A DNA stretch of 63,707 nt, filler included, from Octopus bimaculoides (GCF_001194135.2; 6 parts of 6 records of this genome joined end to end with filler, not necessarily neighbours in it), one strand, 5' to 3'; counted from the first letter of the whole stretch, positions 1 through 13,610 are shown. Translations and numbers: made by a program. The notes: generated by a model from the letters alone, not told the origin.

Positions 1-228
1 CGGGTGGCACATAAAAGACACCATTTCGAGCGTGGCCGTTTTCGTGCGGGTGACACGTAAAAGCACCCACTACACTCTCTGAGTGGTTGGCGTTAGGAAG
101 GGCATCCAGCTGTAGAAACTCTGCCAAATCAGACTGGAGCCTGGTGTTGCCATCCGGTTTCACCAGTCCTCAGTCAAATCGTCCAACCCATGCTAGCATG
201 GAAAGCGGACGTTAAACGATGATGATGA
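1..228 (+). mobile_element. RTE-type LINE/SINE 3' end (modular UTR + RTE tail), cut by window edge
   Basis: GGTTGGCGTTAGGAAGGGCATCCAGC...CCCATGCTAGCATGGAAAGCGGACGTTAAAC followed by (GAT)n. Appears identical to the 3' part of the copy at 20249-20614; further copies at 7985 and 15463. Confidence 0.85.
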
Positions 229-929
229 TTATAGATGCATACCTCCATGGAAAAATGCATCACCCTTATCTATTTATCTCTACGTAATGATATGCAGTTG
301 CACACATGTATTTGTCTACATTCGTATAATTATTAATAGCCATGCTAGAAACTGATTAGAATATCCCAATAAATATTTTATAGAAGCATAATCTCCTCAA
401 TCCAAACCATTTTAAAATGTCCACATTAGAATTTCTTAAAAGAAAGCTTCTAACACCTACGTCAGCTTTGGCCAATACTCACCCTATGCTGTGTGACAGA
501 TGTAACTGTATTATCTGCAAACAATTTTTTTTTTACCCTAAAACAGTCGCAAGGAAAAGCTTTAACCAATGTTAATCATAGACTAAGTATGACACATCAA
601 TTTATCCCTCTACTTTCACATCTTGCTGAACCCTTATCAAAAACAAAATCTAAAACCAGAATAACAGTCTATACCATACCTACAAACACATGATTTCTCA
701 CTAGCCTTCTCTACTTTCCTATCTCTGATAGAATCTCTTCCAATATCTACCAAGCCACACTAAATTCTCTTTCATATTACTTCACCAACCAAAAGAACAA
801 CCATATAAAAACCATATAAAGCCAGAAAGAAACACTCTCTGATGCTGGTGAGCAAGACAAAACTTTAAAGTCACTGTCAATCTTTCCTTGGGAAAATTAG
901 AGTGTGTATGTGTATGTGTGTGTGTGGGA

Positions 930-1068
930 GGGTATTCATATATGTATATAGGGTATCCACACAGTTTCCATCTATCAATTTCACTCACAAGCCATTAGTC
1001 AACTACCTCAAGACACACAAGGACTGAACTCCAAACTATGTTGCTGCAAAGCAAACTTCTTAACACTC
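930..1068 (-). mobile_element. Degraded tRNA-headed SINE (family A), 5' half
   Basis: Reverse-complement similarity to the head of the full copies at 16582 and 36952 (CAGTTTCCATCTA...CACTCACAAG...GGACTGAAC). Confidence 0.55.
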
Positions 1069-1710
1069 ACACACACACACACACAGAGTTGTATATATAT
1101 ATTCATGTATGTACATATATCTCTATATATCTATCTATCTGTATATAAATATATATATNNNNNNNNNNNNNNNNNNNNNNNNNNNNNNNNNNNNNNNNNN
1201 NNNNNNNNNNNNNNNNNNNNNNNNNNNNNNNNNNNNNNNNNNNNNNNNNNNNNNNNNNNNNNNNNNNNNNNNNNNNNNNNNNNNNNNNNNNNNNNNNNNN
1301 NNNNNNNNNNNNNNNNNNNNNNNNNNNNNNNNNNNNNNNNNNNNNNNNNNNNNNNNNNNNNNNNNNNNNNNNNNNNNNNNNNNNNNNNNNNNNNNNNNNN
1401 NNNNNNNNNNNNNNNNNNNNNNNNNNNNNNNNNNNNNNNNNNNNNNNNNNNNNNNNNNNNNNNNNNNNNNNNNNNNNNNNNNNNNNNNNNNNNNNNNNNN
1501 NNNNNNNNNNNNNNNNNNNNNNNNNNNNNNNNNNNNNNNNNNNNNNNNNNNNNNNNNNNNNNNNNNNNNNNNNNNNNNNNNNNNNNNNNNNNNNNNNNNN
1601 NNNNNNNNNNNNNNNNNNNNNNNNNNNNNNNNNNNNNNNNNNNNNNNNNNNNNNNNNNNNNNNNNNNNNNNNNNNNNNNNNNNNNNNNNNNNNNNNNNNN
1701 NNNNNNNNNN

Positions 1711-1747
<37 letters not shown>

Positions 1748-1749
<2 letters not shown>

Positions 1750-2270
1750 TCCTCACTGTGTCCATGGGAAGATTTTCAAACACCTCTTCGATATTGGCCA
1801 CCAGCTCAGCCTTAGTATTGCAGGCAGAGCAGCTGGTGTCTTTCTCAAGTGAGCCCCACATAGAGTAATTTATAAGATAAATATTGGTGGAATTAGGAAG
1901 CCAGAAATTGGGGCTGGTGATTCTCTGACAACCACTTCTGACTCTTTCTGGAGGTATGGCAAGGATCTGAATCTCAATGCCACACATATGGCTTTCCAAT
2001 AGCAACCCTTTCCAGCCAGGGATTGATCACAATCTCCTGCTGCTTCACACAGCCCTCTGAATTGAGCCTAAGCCTTTGTTTAAAGATGTGGGATTGAATT
2101 CTGGTGTGCTGATACAATCAGAATGCCTACTGTGTCCCTTCCTGCTAGCCCTGCTAGCCACAGCTTCATAGTCTTCGTGGCAGCTGTCCATGTCATGGTT
2201 TATAGCCTTTAAAGTGTTCACAGAGAACAGAAGCAGTCATGAAGTTTGCGTTTTGATACCCAGTACAAAT
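1748..2270 (-). mobile_element. Tc1/mariner maT-type transposase remnant (C-terminal catalytic region)
   Basis: Minus-strand translation across frameshifts gives PWLERVAIGKPYVWH*DSDPCHTSRKSQKWLSEN...TSPNFWLPNS...YSMWGSLEKDTSCSACNTKAELVANIEEVFENLPMDTVR, paralleling the copy at 19223-19963. Confidence 0.8.
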
Positions 2271-2626
2271 CATGATGATACAGGTAACTGTTTCCCCTCC
2301 CCTTACCGAAAGTTGAACAGTTATCTCCCTTGCCCACAACAATAACATTAATAACGATAACCAATTACCTCCCCTTATTTTTCTACTTGTGAAGTCATTC
2401 GCTGGTAAATATCATCACACACAACATGGACAAAAAATTCTTCTTAAGAAAATACATATTCAAATAAGTAAACCATAATATCATGAATAGCGAAAGCGAA
2501 ACCGGTCGATATATTAAGAATTATATTAAAACTATGTAAAGTGTGTGTATTTTCCTTTTTTTTAGTTTCCTTTTTTAATATTACAACTCATCACGTGGGG
2601 ATAATCGAAATTCCTCTTTTTCTGTT

Positions 2627-2664
<38 letters not shown>

Positions 2665-2729
2665 AACACACACAAACATACAAATAAAGATAATTCCCAA
2701 TGGTTGGGAAACGAACCTTGTCTCATTGC

Positions 2730-2792
<63 letters not shown>

Positions 2793-4231
2793 TGAGAGAC
2801 ACACAGACAGACAGAGAAAGACACACACATGTTATATTTTATACACAAATAGCATATATCAGAAAATCTAAGATACATTTAATGTGCTTAACCTACAATT
2901 TATAATGCTTACAATTTGGTAAGTAAAAATGTGCGAAGGTAAATAGATATTCACTATTTTCTTTGTACACAGATGAATAAGGTGATCCTAGCATGTTTCC
3001 TGGATGGATGATCAATTTTAAGAAGATTAGCACTCCTCACCATTTTGGCTCTGAAGAGAACTTAATAGCAATTGCTTTTTAAGTCAGACACAAACCAAGA
3101 CTTAGCTGAAATAGCAAGACTAATTTGTGTATCATACATAAGTCAGAAATGTGATTTACTTATTGAATATTTTATGAGCAATTTGCATGAATTAGAAAAT
3201 CTAAATTAAGTTTAATGTAATTTGATTACAATATATAATGCCTATACTGGAAAAAGTAAAGTTATGTAGATGCATCTTGTCATTCTCTTTACATGCAGGA
3301 AAATACATGGCATGCTTGGTGCACCTATTTATTATCGGTGCTACCTTACCACTAATTCTTCCAAAATTTATGTATGAGGAATACTTTTCATATAATCTTT
3401 TAGTCATTCATGATATACCCATAATTTTTTTTGTTCTTTTACGTATGTATTTATTAATTAGTAATTGATCTTTACTACTACATGTCTTTGAAGCATCCTT
3501 TTATTTCTTTTGGAAGGGTGTTGTTTTGTCCAGGTAGTTATTTACTCTCTGAGATATTATTGCAGTTAAAAGCTTCAGGAACTTAGTTTTAAGGGACTAT
3601 AGTTTTGTGGGATTGCTGGTTTTGTAGGTTAAGATAGTTTTCCTAATTGATTAACCATTCAGATATTGTTTTTGTCTCTTTCAATTTATCATTGACTATT
3701 AACACCATTACTTTATATGTGCCATGTTAGATACTTCAGCTAAACATTTACTTCTAGTTGTTTTTTTTCCAGTGTTTTATGTAACATTTGAACTATTTCT
3801 TGGGTTAATAATACTTGTCTCTGTTCTTATAAATTTATTTTCATTTTTGATTTCATTAAAGATTCAGAGAATTTTGCCAGTACATGTTCCTTCCATTGGT
3901 TGCTTGACTTTTGATATGCCTATATATATAAGCAGATCTTTTGCAAATGCTATAACTGGTGCATATATTATTTAGTTTATCCAGGTAATATTAATGTTTG
4001 TGTTTACTTTCAGTACATCTAAAATAACCAGGTTTGTATTTTTTATTGTATTGGTTTTGATAGATTTGTAGAAAATTAAAGGAATTGCTTTAAGTTATAG
4101 CAACAATAATTGATTTATATTATTTTTCCATTATTTCTTATACAACTGAAAACAAACCTCTTCTGATTTAGTTGTGAATTTAATGGTATTATTTTACCTT
4201 TAGTATGTATATTTACAATATGCAAGTGCAG

Positions 4232-4395
4232 CTATGGTGTGTGTGGTAAGAAGTTTATTTCCCAATCACATGGTCTTGGATTCAGTCCCACTGTGTGGCA
4301 CCTTGAGCAAGTGTCTTCTACTGTAGTCCAAAGCCATGCCTTGAAAGTGGATTTGGTTGAAAGAAACTGAAAGAAGCCTAATGTATGCATATATA
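4232..4395 (+). mobile_element. SINE family A, 5' half (CpG-decayed)
   Basis: TGTGTGGTAAGAAGTTT...TTCAGTCCCACTGTGTGGCACCTTGAGCAAGTGTCTT...GAAACTGAAAGAAGCC, then microsatellite and gap. Confidence 0.8.
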
Positions 4396-4482
4396 TATAN
4401 NNNNNNNNNNNNNNNNNNNNNNNNNNNNNNNCTGTGTATATATACATGTGTGTGTGTGTGTGCATGTATAAGTGCATGCATG

Positions 4483-4527
<45 letters not shown>

Positions 4528-4619
4528 TAGTGTTACAGTATGTTTGCATTAACTTCATGAGATCATTTTGAAAACAAATGTCACCATCATGTGAGCAGTG
4601 TATTTTATTTCCAATCTTT

Positions 4620-4790
4620 GGTGGAAACAAGTTTGGTCATGGGAAATGTTACCTTACTTGGAAACAAGCGATGTCAGGCAACAAAAAGGGGCATCTGGCT
4701 GAAGAAAAATCTGCCTCAACAAATTCCATGCAAGCATAAAAATAATAATAAAATGCTAAATGATAATGAAATAATGATGACAGGGTTTAT
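4620..4790 (+). mobile_element. Degraded RTE-tail repeat, second subfamily
   Basis: AAGGGGCATCTGGCTG..GAAAAATCTGCCTCAACAAATTCCATGCAAGCAT resembles the RTE tail (AAGGGCATCCAGCTGTAGAAA...CCATGCTAGCATGG); ends in ATG-rich repeats. Confidence 0.5.
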
Positions 4791-5445
4791 TGATCAGTTT
4801 GATCTCTAATTTTAATCCTGGGTTTTATTCTTGGATATGCAAATAAGCTAGACTAAATTCAAACTAGAAAACCTTATTCTTTTAAACTAAGTGTAATGAC
4901 AGGCCTATTCACTTGGTCATTAGAGTATGTACATAATTAAGTATCTTATGTGCAACACATCATCAAACATTATCTAAATCAAACAAATAATATTAGAATA
5001 CCAAATCAGAGCTTTGTGGAATATGAAGTTAACCTTACAGGAAACTACAGCATTGTTAAGTAGTGTTAATAGAACAGTATCTATCAAACAATATATAAAT
5101 ATAAGAAACATGATATTCTATAGATGCTACTATGAGAGAGAAATTGTATATTAGCTGTGTGCAGAGAGAAATACTGAAGGTAATGCCTTTGTACAGATAG
5201 AAAATCAGGTACAAAATATACACTGTTAGTTTAAGTATATATCTAAAATAGATTCTATATTGATACAAAATACCTGGTAATGTTTGGAAAAAATGTTTTT
5301 CCTCTGAGGGTAACATTAAACTTTTCTACAACAATCCTATAATTATTATTCATTGTTACAGATAATGAATTTCACATCTCCCAATCTTGCTTTCACTGTT
5401 GTAAACGTCTTGTTCTATATGCCATGCTTTCACTTTTATTTTTCT

Positions 5446-5845
5446 GTGAGTGTGTGGTAAGAAGTTTGCTTCCCAACCATGTGGTTCCAGGTTCAGTCTC
5501 ACTGTGTGGAACTTTAGGAAAGTGTTGTCCGCTATAGTCCTAAGCTGGCCAAAGCCTTGTGAGTGAATTTAGTTGACAGAAACTGAAAGAAACCTGTTGT
5601 GTGTGTGTGTGTGTCTTTGTGTGTGTGTGTGTGGTGTCTTTGTGTGTGTCTTTGATTTTATTCCCCAGCCAACTTGATAACTGGTGTGAGTTTGTTTGCA
5701 TCTCTGTAACTTAGTGGTTTAGAAAAAGAAGCCGATAGAAGATGAACCAGACTTTATAAAATAATTTCTGGGTTCATTCTGTTCAACTAAACCCTTTAGG
5801 GCATGGCTGTAGTTCAATGACTGAAACAAGTAAAAGATAAAAAAT
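5446..5845 (+). mobile_element. SINE family A, full length, diverged
   Basis: tRNA-like head, central (TG)n, and 3' end GACTGAAACAAGTAAAAGA, collinear with 16582-16985. Confidence 0.85.
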
Positions 5846-6259
5846 AATAAGATATTCAAAACTGTCAAACTGCTTCACTGACAAAGCAGTGTTAAAACTT
5901 TTGGCTTAAACCATTGAATGACTTTATTAAAGCATTGATGTGAGAATAAATAAATATAAAGTGAAAATAATTTCGTGAAAGAACAACCAAAGTTTGAACT
6001 AATTTCTAAACTTGGGAATTTATTTTATGTAACTATATATAATATTTATAGTTAATGTAACAAGATAATTATAAGGGAAAATGTTTTTGCAAATAAAACT
6101 AACACAAACAAAATATTTAAAAAACATCATCATATTTGAAGGTCTAATGATGGTGTAAGTTTGAGAAGTTTGCAAAACTGACTTTGTCCAACTTTTCCTA
6201 TGCATTGAATAATGGGTAGTTCAATGACAAATGGGTTAAGTATTGCCATATTTGATTAA

Positions 6260-6304
6260 AAAAGAGATATATTGACTATTTCCTGAAGTCAATATATCTC
6301 TTTT
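6260..6304. repeat. Perfect 18-bp inverted repeat with 9-nt loop
   Basis: AAAAGAGATATATTGACT-ATTTCCTGA-AGTCAATATATCTCTTTT. Confidence 0.9.
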
Positions 6305-7643
6305 AAATGTTAAAGCTGGTAAAAACATGAAACAAAAAAAAATCAAGCTAATGTATATATTGGAGTTTCTTTCTGTATCCATTAATAAGCAAGGTTCACA
6401 GTGCACTGATATTTCACAAAATTGAATTCTTTTTCAAAGAAAATCGTCTCATCGCTTCACTATAAAAGACTCTAAACATCAAAAGAAATATATTAAATTC
6501 TTGAAACAGCATGAAATATGGCAGAATAACAGATTAAGTTTAAATGTTAAATATACAACAGTAATATCAAAAATTAAGAGTATATTATAGTATTGGAAAG
6601 ACAATGAAGGCAATTATCACTATTGACAGAATTTTATTATATTGTTCAATAATGAAGGCTACAAAAAAAAAAGTATATATATTATATATATCTCATAGCG
6701 TGATCATGAAGAAAGAACAACATGAAGGAATACAATTAAAATTTGTTTTTGACATCGCTAACAACATTGTAAAGCAATTTTAATACAAATTCAATAAAGC
6801 AAAATAGACTACCAGATCGACTGTATAATTTCAACAAGTCTGACATTTCTCAATGCTCACAAAATGGGTTTAAAATTGTATTAATCATATGGTTATTTTA
6901 CATTCTTTGGTAATTATTTATAAATCAATAGGAAGTAGAGTGGTACATTTTTATGTTCTATTCAATAAGCCTATGGTTATATTCACATCAATGACCTCAT
7001 ATTTTCAAGCTCCTATTTAAACCTTAGAAAAAGCAGTCCTTGTGTCAGTTTCCTTTCTCTTTCTTATATGAAGTTGGTACTTCATATCAGTTTGGTGATA
7101 ATTACATTACAGGCAGTTGGGTAACATCACAACTGGGTGGCAGCCAACAAGGTGGCAGTAAAACTGAGCAACAACTAGCATGGCCAATTAACAACCAAAA
7201 TGGCTGGGCTACTGATGTTTCTTTGATAAGAGCTATAACTGTTGTTACTGTTTAGCTCAAGATCAGCCTGGATTGACTAAACTCTGTTCCCAGACATTTG
7301 AGCCATGACCTTTCATATCTTTATCAGATAAAGTGTATTTTGGACAAAAAAAAAGAAAAGAAAAATACAACAACAACAACAACAAAAAACAACAAGTAAC
7401 TCAACCTGAAATGTTATGGTTGGAATGTCTTTCCTCAAAGGTTTGTTGATCAGAGCAGATCTGACACTAAATGACTACTATCACATCTCTCACTGACTAA
7501 ACCCTAGTGGCCCAATAATATTGATTGTTATTTGGTTTTTCAGTAAAACTAGCTGTTGTGCATTAATGCTGATACCCAGTTATCCTGTCTCCTAGTTGTC
7601 CTTTCTTCAGTTGCCCCTCAACCCTATTAACCATTATGTTGAT

Positions 7644-7790
7644 ATACTAGGAAGATCTGGAAAAATGTGGGACAAAACGGTGGAAAATGATCTTCAGATG
7701 TTGAGTCTCACAGAGGTGATGACTAGAGACCAAGACAATTGGCAATTTGTGTGCTTGAGAAGACCTATCCATCTAAATAAAATTGAGGCC
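7644..7790 (+). mobile_element. RTE-clade LINE ORF C-terminal remnant
   Basis: Translates GRSGKMWDKTVENDLQMLSLTEVMTRDQDNWQFVC, matching the RTE C-terminal GRP.KTW...V..DL..L.L......DR..W pattern. Confidence 0.7.
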
Positions 7791-7984
7791 CCAAAAAAAA
7801 AAGAAATGTCTTTTATGTCTATGGCCACCATACAATCTGTCCCTGCCAAACCTTCCCCCACATCTTATCTTCCTAATATCATGAGAACATCAGACAAAAT
7901 TCCAATTTACAACTTTGCTTGCACTCCCTACAAAGGTACTGAGTTCCTTTCCACATATTAAACAGCTGGTGACATATGTATGTA

Positions 7985-8496
7985 CGTTGCTGGTGCCCCT
8001 GGACTGGTTCTTGTGCGGGTGACACATGAGGTTTCTCGAGCGAGATGAGCGTGGCCGTTGCCAGTGCCGCCTGACTGGCCTTCGTGCAGGTGACACGTAA
8101 AAGCACCCACTACACTCTCTGAGTGGTTGGCGTTAGGAAGGGCATCCAGCTGTGGAAACACTGCCAAATCAGATTGGAGCCTGGTAGGGTTTTCGAGCGA
8201 GATCGTTGCCAGTGCCCCTGGACTGGCTTTTGTGCGGGTGGCACATAAAAGACACCATTTCGAGCGTGGCCGTTGCCAGTACCGCCTGACTGGCCTTCGT
8301 ACGGGTGACACGTAAAAGCATCCACTACACTCTCTGAGTGGTTGGTGTTAGGAAGGGCATCCAGCTGTAGAAACTCTGCCAAATTAGATTGGAGCCTGGT
8401 GTTGCCATCCGGTTTCACCAGTCCTCAGTCAAATCGTCCAACCCATGCTAGCATGGAAAGCGGACGTTAAACGATGATGATGATGATGATGATGAT
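7985..8496 (+). mobile_element. RTE-type 3' end, internally tandem-duplicated
   Basis: Two head-to-tail units: 7985-8184 with incomplete tail, and 8185-8496 with complete tail and (GAT)n. Confidence 0.85.
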
Positions 8497-11400
8497 CATA
8501 GTTGGGGGAAAATAAAGCTTGTTTCTTTATTCAAGCTTGGACCACATACAAGTGTTACTGTCAGAATTTTTCTGGTACATGCTAAGAAGTTTAATATTTT
8601 TGAGTCTTTGCTAAAATGATAGCTCTTTTTGGCTTTGCATTAGTTAATCCCTAAACTAAGTAGATAAAATACTTATATCCTTATCAAAATTCATCTATCA
8701 ATTATATAGAAATAATCTATCAAAGAGGAAAATAAAACCTTTCTTGGTGAACACCTAGTATGGTTTCAATAGAGTTATATCTACCTGAGAATGTGGCTCT
8801 ACATATGAAAATTTGACAAAAGTAATAATACTGCTCTTGACATCAAAAAATGTCTTCAACCATAGCTAGAATAAAATGCTGCTTTTGCAGTTTCTTTGGG
8901 ACTGGAAGTTTCTAGTCATCCAATCCACATTCTATAAACTCTGGTGTATTTTAAAATTCTATTATGTTTCTTAGACTTTTCCATTCTTTACATTGAGGTC
9001 TAAGCACAACTCACATAACCTTATGCAAATAATATCACCCTTCATTCCTCCTTAATCATCTGTACAAAAGTGATGGTCACACATAATCTAGACACTTGGC
9101 AATGAGTAAAGAAGAGGTGCAAGGAAATTTGTTGTAGATTGGTCAAAATTAGGTGCCTGATAAATAGGAACAGTTACCATAGAGATGCCCCTGAAATGTA
9201 GCCATTTCCCTGAATGGACCATTCAAATTACAAGAAGTAGTTGAAAAATTGTATTACTTTAAGGAATAAGATTAGTGCTGGGGCAGTTGTATTCTGTTGC
9301 CTGTATTGGCAGGAAAGGTTTTCTCCTCTCATGCAAAAGGCATTCTGTGTTAAATATGTATGTAAAATACGATGATGCACAATCAAGAAAATGGGTATTG
9401 AATTCAGAATAATTTTTGTGGGGCTAATGAGGAATACTCAACTATCTGTTGAACAGGCAACATTAAGTTGCTTGGCATTGAAAGTGAACAAAAAGGGTAG
9501 CACCTAGAAATTCAAAGTATCAGCTGGTGTGAATAGAGGTGGCTGCTTTGGTATGGACTTACAGGTTTATTGATGAACCCTTTAAGGTAACAAAAGAGTT
9601 ATAAAAATGAACAAAGAAATCGAATTAAATAATTGAGTTTCATCTCATTGGAACATTTAACTTCAGAGAAAAAATTATGCCTACTTGATAGGAATAGTAC
9701 ACAGCATGTGTACCTTTCCAACTCATTCCAAAATGAGGAAGTATACATTAAAACATATATAACGATGGCAGTTAAAATGCTTTTAACAGAAAATTGAGAA
9801 AAATGCCTGAGAAGTTCTAAAAAATCATTCTTACCTGTACCCAGAAATTCCCTTTTTAACATTGAAGAGTTAAAAATAATGATTTTTTTTTTAATCTTAC
9901 AAAATTATAACAGTTTTTTTAGGGCAGCAAAGAGTTAACTAAATTTACTACATCCTACCACTTCTGATTTTTACAACTGGAAGAGTTTAACAAATAAAGA
10001 ATTGCAACACTGGCACAAGATCTTTGATTTCTGGCAGAGGACACATTCAGCTAGAGTGACCATAATACCTAACCACTATGTATTTTATAAACCCCAGACA
10101 GATGAAAGACAATAGTGATCTTAGTGGGGTTTGAACTCAACATCACAAGCATTTTGATTTGTTCTGAATCATTCCCGTCGTTCAATAAATGAGTTTTAAA
10201 CATAATGGAATATTTGTTAAGAGAAAGTGTAAACTGTAAAAATGGAAATGAAAAAATGAAATTAGGCTGATGGTAGCTTCTAAATTATAGATAACTTTTA
10301 ATTTGCTGATTGGTCAACATCAAACAGATGAGTAGTTATTGTGTAAGAGAGAAGGTATTCTGTAAGGTATTGAGTAAGAAGAAGGTAGTCTTAAGTCTAT
10401 AAATTAAAATTTCAAAATTACTATTCCTAATTCTTATTTGCTCCCTTAACCTTTTAATACATACATAGCCTATCTTTATAAATGAATATGAATGTTCTTT
10501 AATAATGAGCATAAGTACATATGTTAGGCAACATCTTCAGAATGTATATAATCAAAAAAAAAAAAAAATCTATCAAAGAAAAGTAAAATATCTTTCATTG
10601 ATATTTCTTGATATTTGATAAAAATTTCTTTGCTGATTAATTGCTGTCTTTTCATCCAATACTTAATGTAAAATGAACAACAGCAACAACAGCAGCCATT
10701 GTAGTGATAAGTCACTAGAGTTGAAATGATATATAAAATTGTAATCAAGAAAACATAATCATTGGGTAGGTAAATCAATATTACAGTTCTATTCCTATCT
10801 ATAGTCATATCTTTTTTTTTATTTTTATTTTTATTATGTTTTATCTAATCTTCTTAACCCAATGATTAGCTGACCTAAGAGTCACTAACAACTAATGAAT
10901 GCCAGACACCAGAACCAATTTAGAATGGCAATAAAGCATTAAATTTTGATGATGATGCTGATGATGATGATGATGATGATGACGACGACGACGACGATGA
11001 CAACAATGATGATGATGATGATGATGATGATAATAATAAAAATTAGAATAATAATAGGTAAAGAGTACTGAACTTGATAATAAATTAATAATAAACTGAT
11101 GATAAAAAAAAAACTCTCAATGAATAATTGTTTTAAAAAAATTATGAATATCTGTCAATATATCAAAACATAGATTAAAAGTAAAATCGACAAAGAAAAA
11201 AAAACTTCCATGATTTTTAATTTCTAGCTTCTCATATTTCCTTCTCAGATATTGAAAGACAAAGTTATGCTCACATTGATTTCTAACATCAGTAGAAGGC
11301 TGCAAATATTTTAGATGAAGGCACAGTCAATTAAGTCATCCCCAGTACATGATTGGGACATATATTGACTCTTGTCAGTGAAAGGCAGAGATATAAATTC

Positions 11401-11599
11401 AGAATGTAAAGGGATGTAACTAAACTAGACAAAAGATTTTTTTTGTCTAACACCCTACTGGTTCTATCATCATCTGCTTTTATGCTTACATAATATTGAT
11501 TTCTAATACTGGCATTATGCCACAAATTATTGAATGGGGTGGTGATATAATAGATTGTATCAACTACACTTCCTTCCTTCAAGAAGTTACAACATAAAT

Positions 11600-11735
11600 A
11601 TATGTCTGATAATCATTTTATTGACCCTTGTGAGGTATTAGATAAAATCAACCTCAAAGGGATTTGAAGTCAGAACAAGAAGAGCATCTCTAAATAGGTA
11701 TTTAGTCTAGTACTCTACTGTTTCTGCCATCTGAC
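11600..11735 (-). mobile_element. Highly degraded SINE family B
   Basis: TTTTATTGACCC...GGATTTGAAGTCAGAAC...CTGCCATCTGAC is reverse-complement similar to the 51683 copy. Confidence 0.45.
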
Positions 11736-12610
11736 TGATCTTTGGTTTATTGTATAGATCAGGTGATACAGTGTAAACTCTGTAAACTTTTTGGGCCTGC
11801 TGGCAAGGAAGCATTTGATGCTGTTAATGTCCCATTTCACTGAAGTATCAGATGATGCTTGTGGGGATGCCTAGCTAATCTAACACTTCAGCTTCATTAT
11901 CATCCACAATAACGCCATGAGTATTTTGGGTTGCTTCAAAAATTTATAGATGCGAACACCAATATCCCCTTGTGTGATGTACCATTGTTGTTAAGTACAT
12001 CTATAGCTGACATGATCATTTTGAGAGTAATACCTTCTCCAGCTGTAGATTAATCTGAAGCTGTTATTGTTGTTTAAAAACTGTTTGATCTTGTACTCAG
12101 TATAGTTTTTGTTTTCTAAACATCAGTATGTCTTTTTTCATCCCAGGGTCTTACATCCAAGCTTAGAGCTTCCATGTTTTATTTGCATACCTCTTTATTA
12201 TGGAAAACCAATTCTCTAGCCCGAATGTAGGGAAACCTTTAGGGTGAAGCGATTCTACATGTTGTGTAAATTATCTATGCCAGCATTATTACCCACACCA
12301 CCGTATGCACAACTGATCAAGCAGCTATATGCGAAAACGAAAGAACGGCAACAACGAACAAACCAACCCAACCAAACAACACCACCACCTGAGTCAAAAA
12401 CAGAAACAACACCACCAACAACAACTAAAGACAGACCAACACCAACACCAAGAACAACAACCAAGAAGACAACCACTGAGAACGAAGAAAAGACCAATAC
12501 TACTCCCAATNNNNNNNNNNNNNNNNNNNNNNNNNNNNNNNNNNNNNNNNNNNNTTAATTAATTAANNNNNNNNNNNNNNNNNNNNNNNNNNNNNNNNNN
12601 NNNNNNNNNN

Positions 12611-12644
<34 letters not shown>

Positions 12645-12646
<2 letters not shown>

Positions 12647-12870
12647 TCCGAGGCAGCAAACAACTTCCAAATCAACTAGCATATGTAGCACCTCATTGCA
12701 AGCCATGAAAGACACAGATAAGCATCTGCTCCAATCCCAACAAGTGTTTGTTCCTTGAACGTCCACCAACTGTATCTGCGCATCTAACTTTGGCCTAAGA
12801 ACTCACATGAGTATTCACAGATGTTGACCATGCAAAACAATCCTCTTTCTCAGACTCAAGAGACTATCAA
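12645..12870 (+). mobile_element. RTE-clade LINE 3' fragment with terminal C2H2-like finger
   Basis: Translates across stops and shifts as AANNFQIN...HLIASHERHR*ASAPIPT...NCICASNFGLRTHMSIH, like the RTE-1/BovB-type C-terminal C..C.S..GL.SH...H. Confidence 0.65.
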
Positions 12871-13010
12871 GGAGGAAGGAAGGAGAAGGATATACATACA
12901 TATATACTGACATACATACATACAAACATACATATGTGTATGTGTGTGTGTGGGTATGTGTGCATGAGTGTGTGTGTGCATGTATTTGTGTGTGTGCGTG
13001 TGTATGTATG

Positions 13011-13101
<91 letters not shown>

Positions 13102-13394
13102 ACATTCTAGTTTATCAATTTCAAATCAAAATCTTTTAAATAACTGAGGAACTGAAAAAAATATTTCTCCTTTACTAGTAACAGCTGTTTCAATCTCATT
13201 CAATGGCTCTGGAATTGTGTTGTTCAATGCTGCCTGCCAGTTTTTAAGACAAGGTGTGAATTTTGTAAACTTAGCTGCTATCTCTCGGTGGTTGATCAGC
13301 TGCATTGGTACTCCTTTATAATATTTGTGCCTTGATACAGTGGTGTATGGTGAATTTTCATCTTGCCCTTTATCAATATTTCATATGGTTTAAA

Positions 13395-13610
13395 GGTGGC
13401 AAGCTGGTTGAATTGTTAGCACACTGGGCAAAAAAGCTTAGTGGCATTTTGTCTGTCTTTATGTTCTGAGTTCAAATTCCTCCGAGGTCGATTTTGCCTT
13501 TCATCCTTTCAGGTTCAATGAAACAAGTACCAGCTGAACTCTGAAGTCAATGTAATCTACTTATCTTTCCTCCTAACTTGCTGGCCTTGTTTCAAAATTT
13601 GAAACCAATA
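13395..13610 (+). mobile_element. SINE family B (tRNA head + Meta-like core), CpG-decayed
   Basis: GTTCTGAGTTCAAATTCC...GAGGTCGATTTTGCCTTTCATCCTTTC core; tail TTGCTGGCCTTGTTTCAAAATTTGAAACCAATA as in 52080-52114. Confidence 0.8.

Noticed and set aside
483-514. Possible small exons (483-514 minus; 15-nt microexon near 18895-18909 plus)
   Set aside because: The splice-like signals are short and expected by chance; there is no recognisable protein or partner exon.
7250-7480. MITE-like inverted pair
   Set aside because: The arms are too diverged to confirm by eye, and there is no target duplication.
7985-8340. CRISPR-like repeat array
   Set aside because: The units are modules of an RTE 3' end dispersed in four copies; there are no unique spacers, no cas genes, and the context is eukaryotic.
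12244-12558. Thr/Pro-rich mucin-like ORF
   Set aside because: Degenerate (ACA/ACC)n repeat running into a gap; no splice or domain support.
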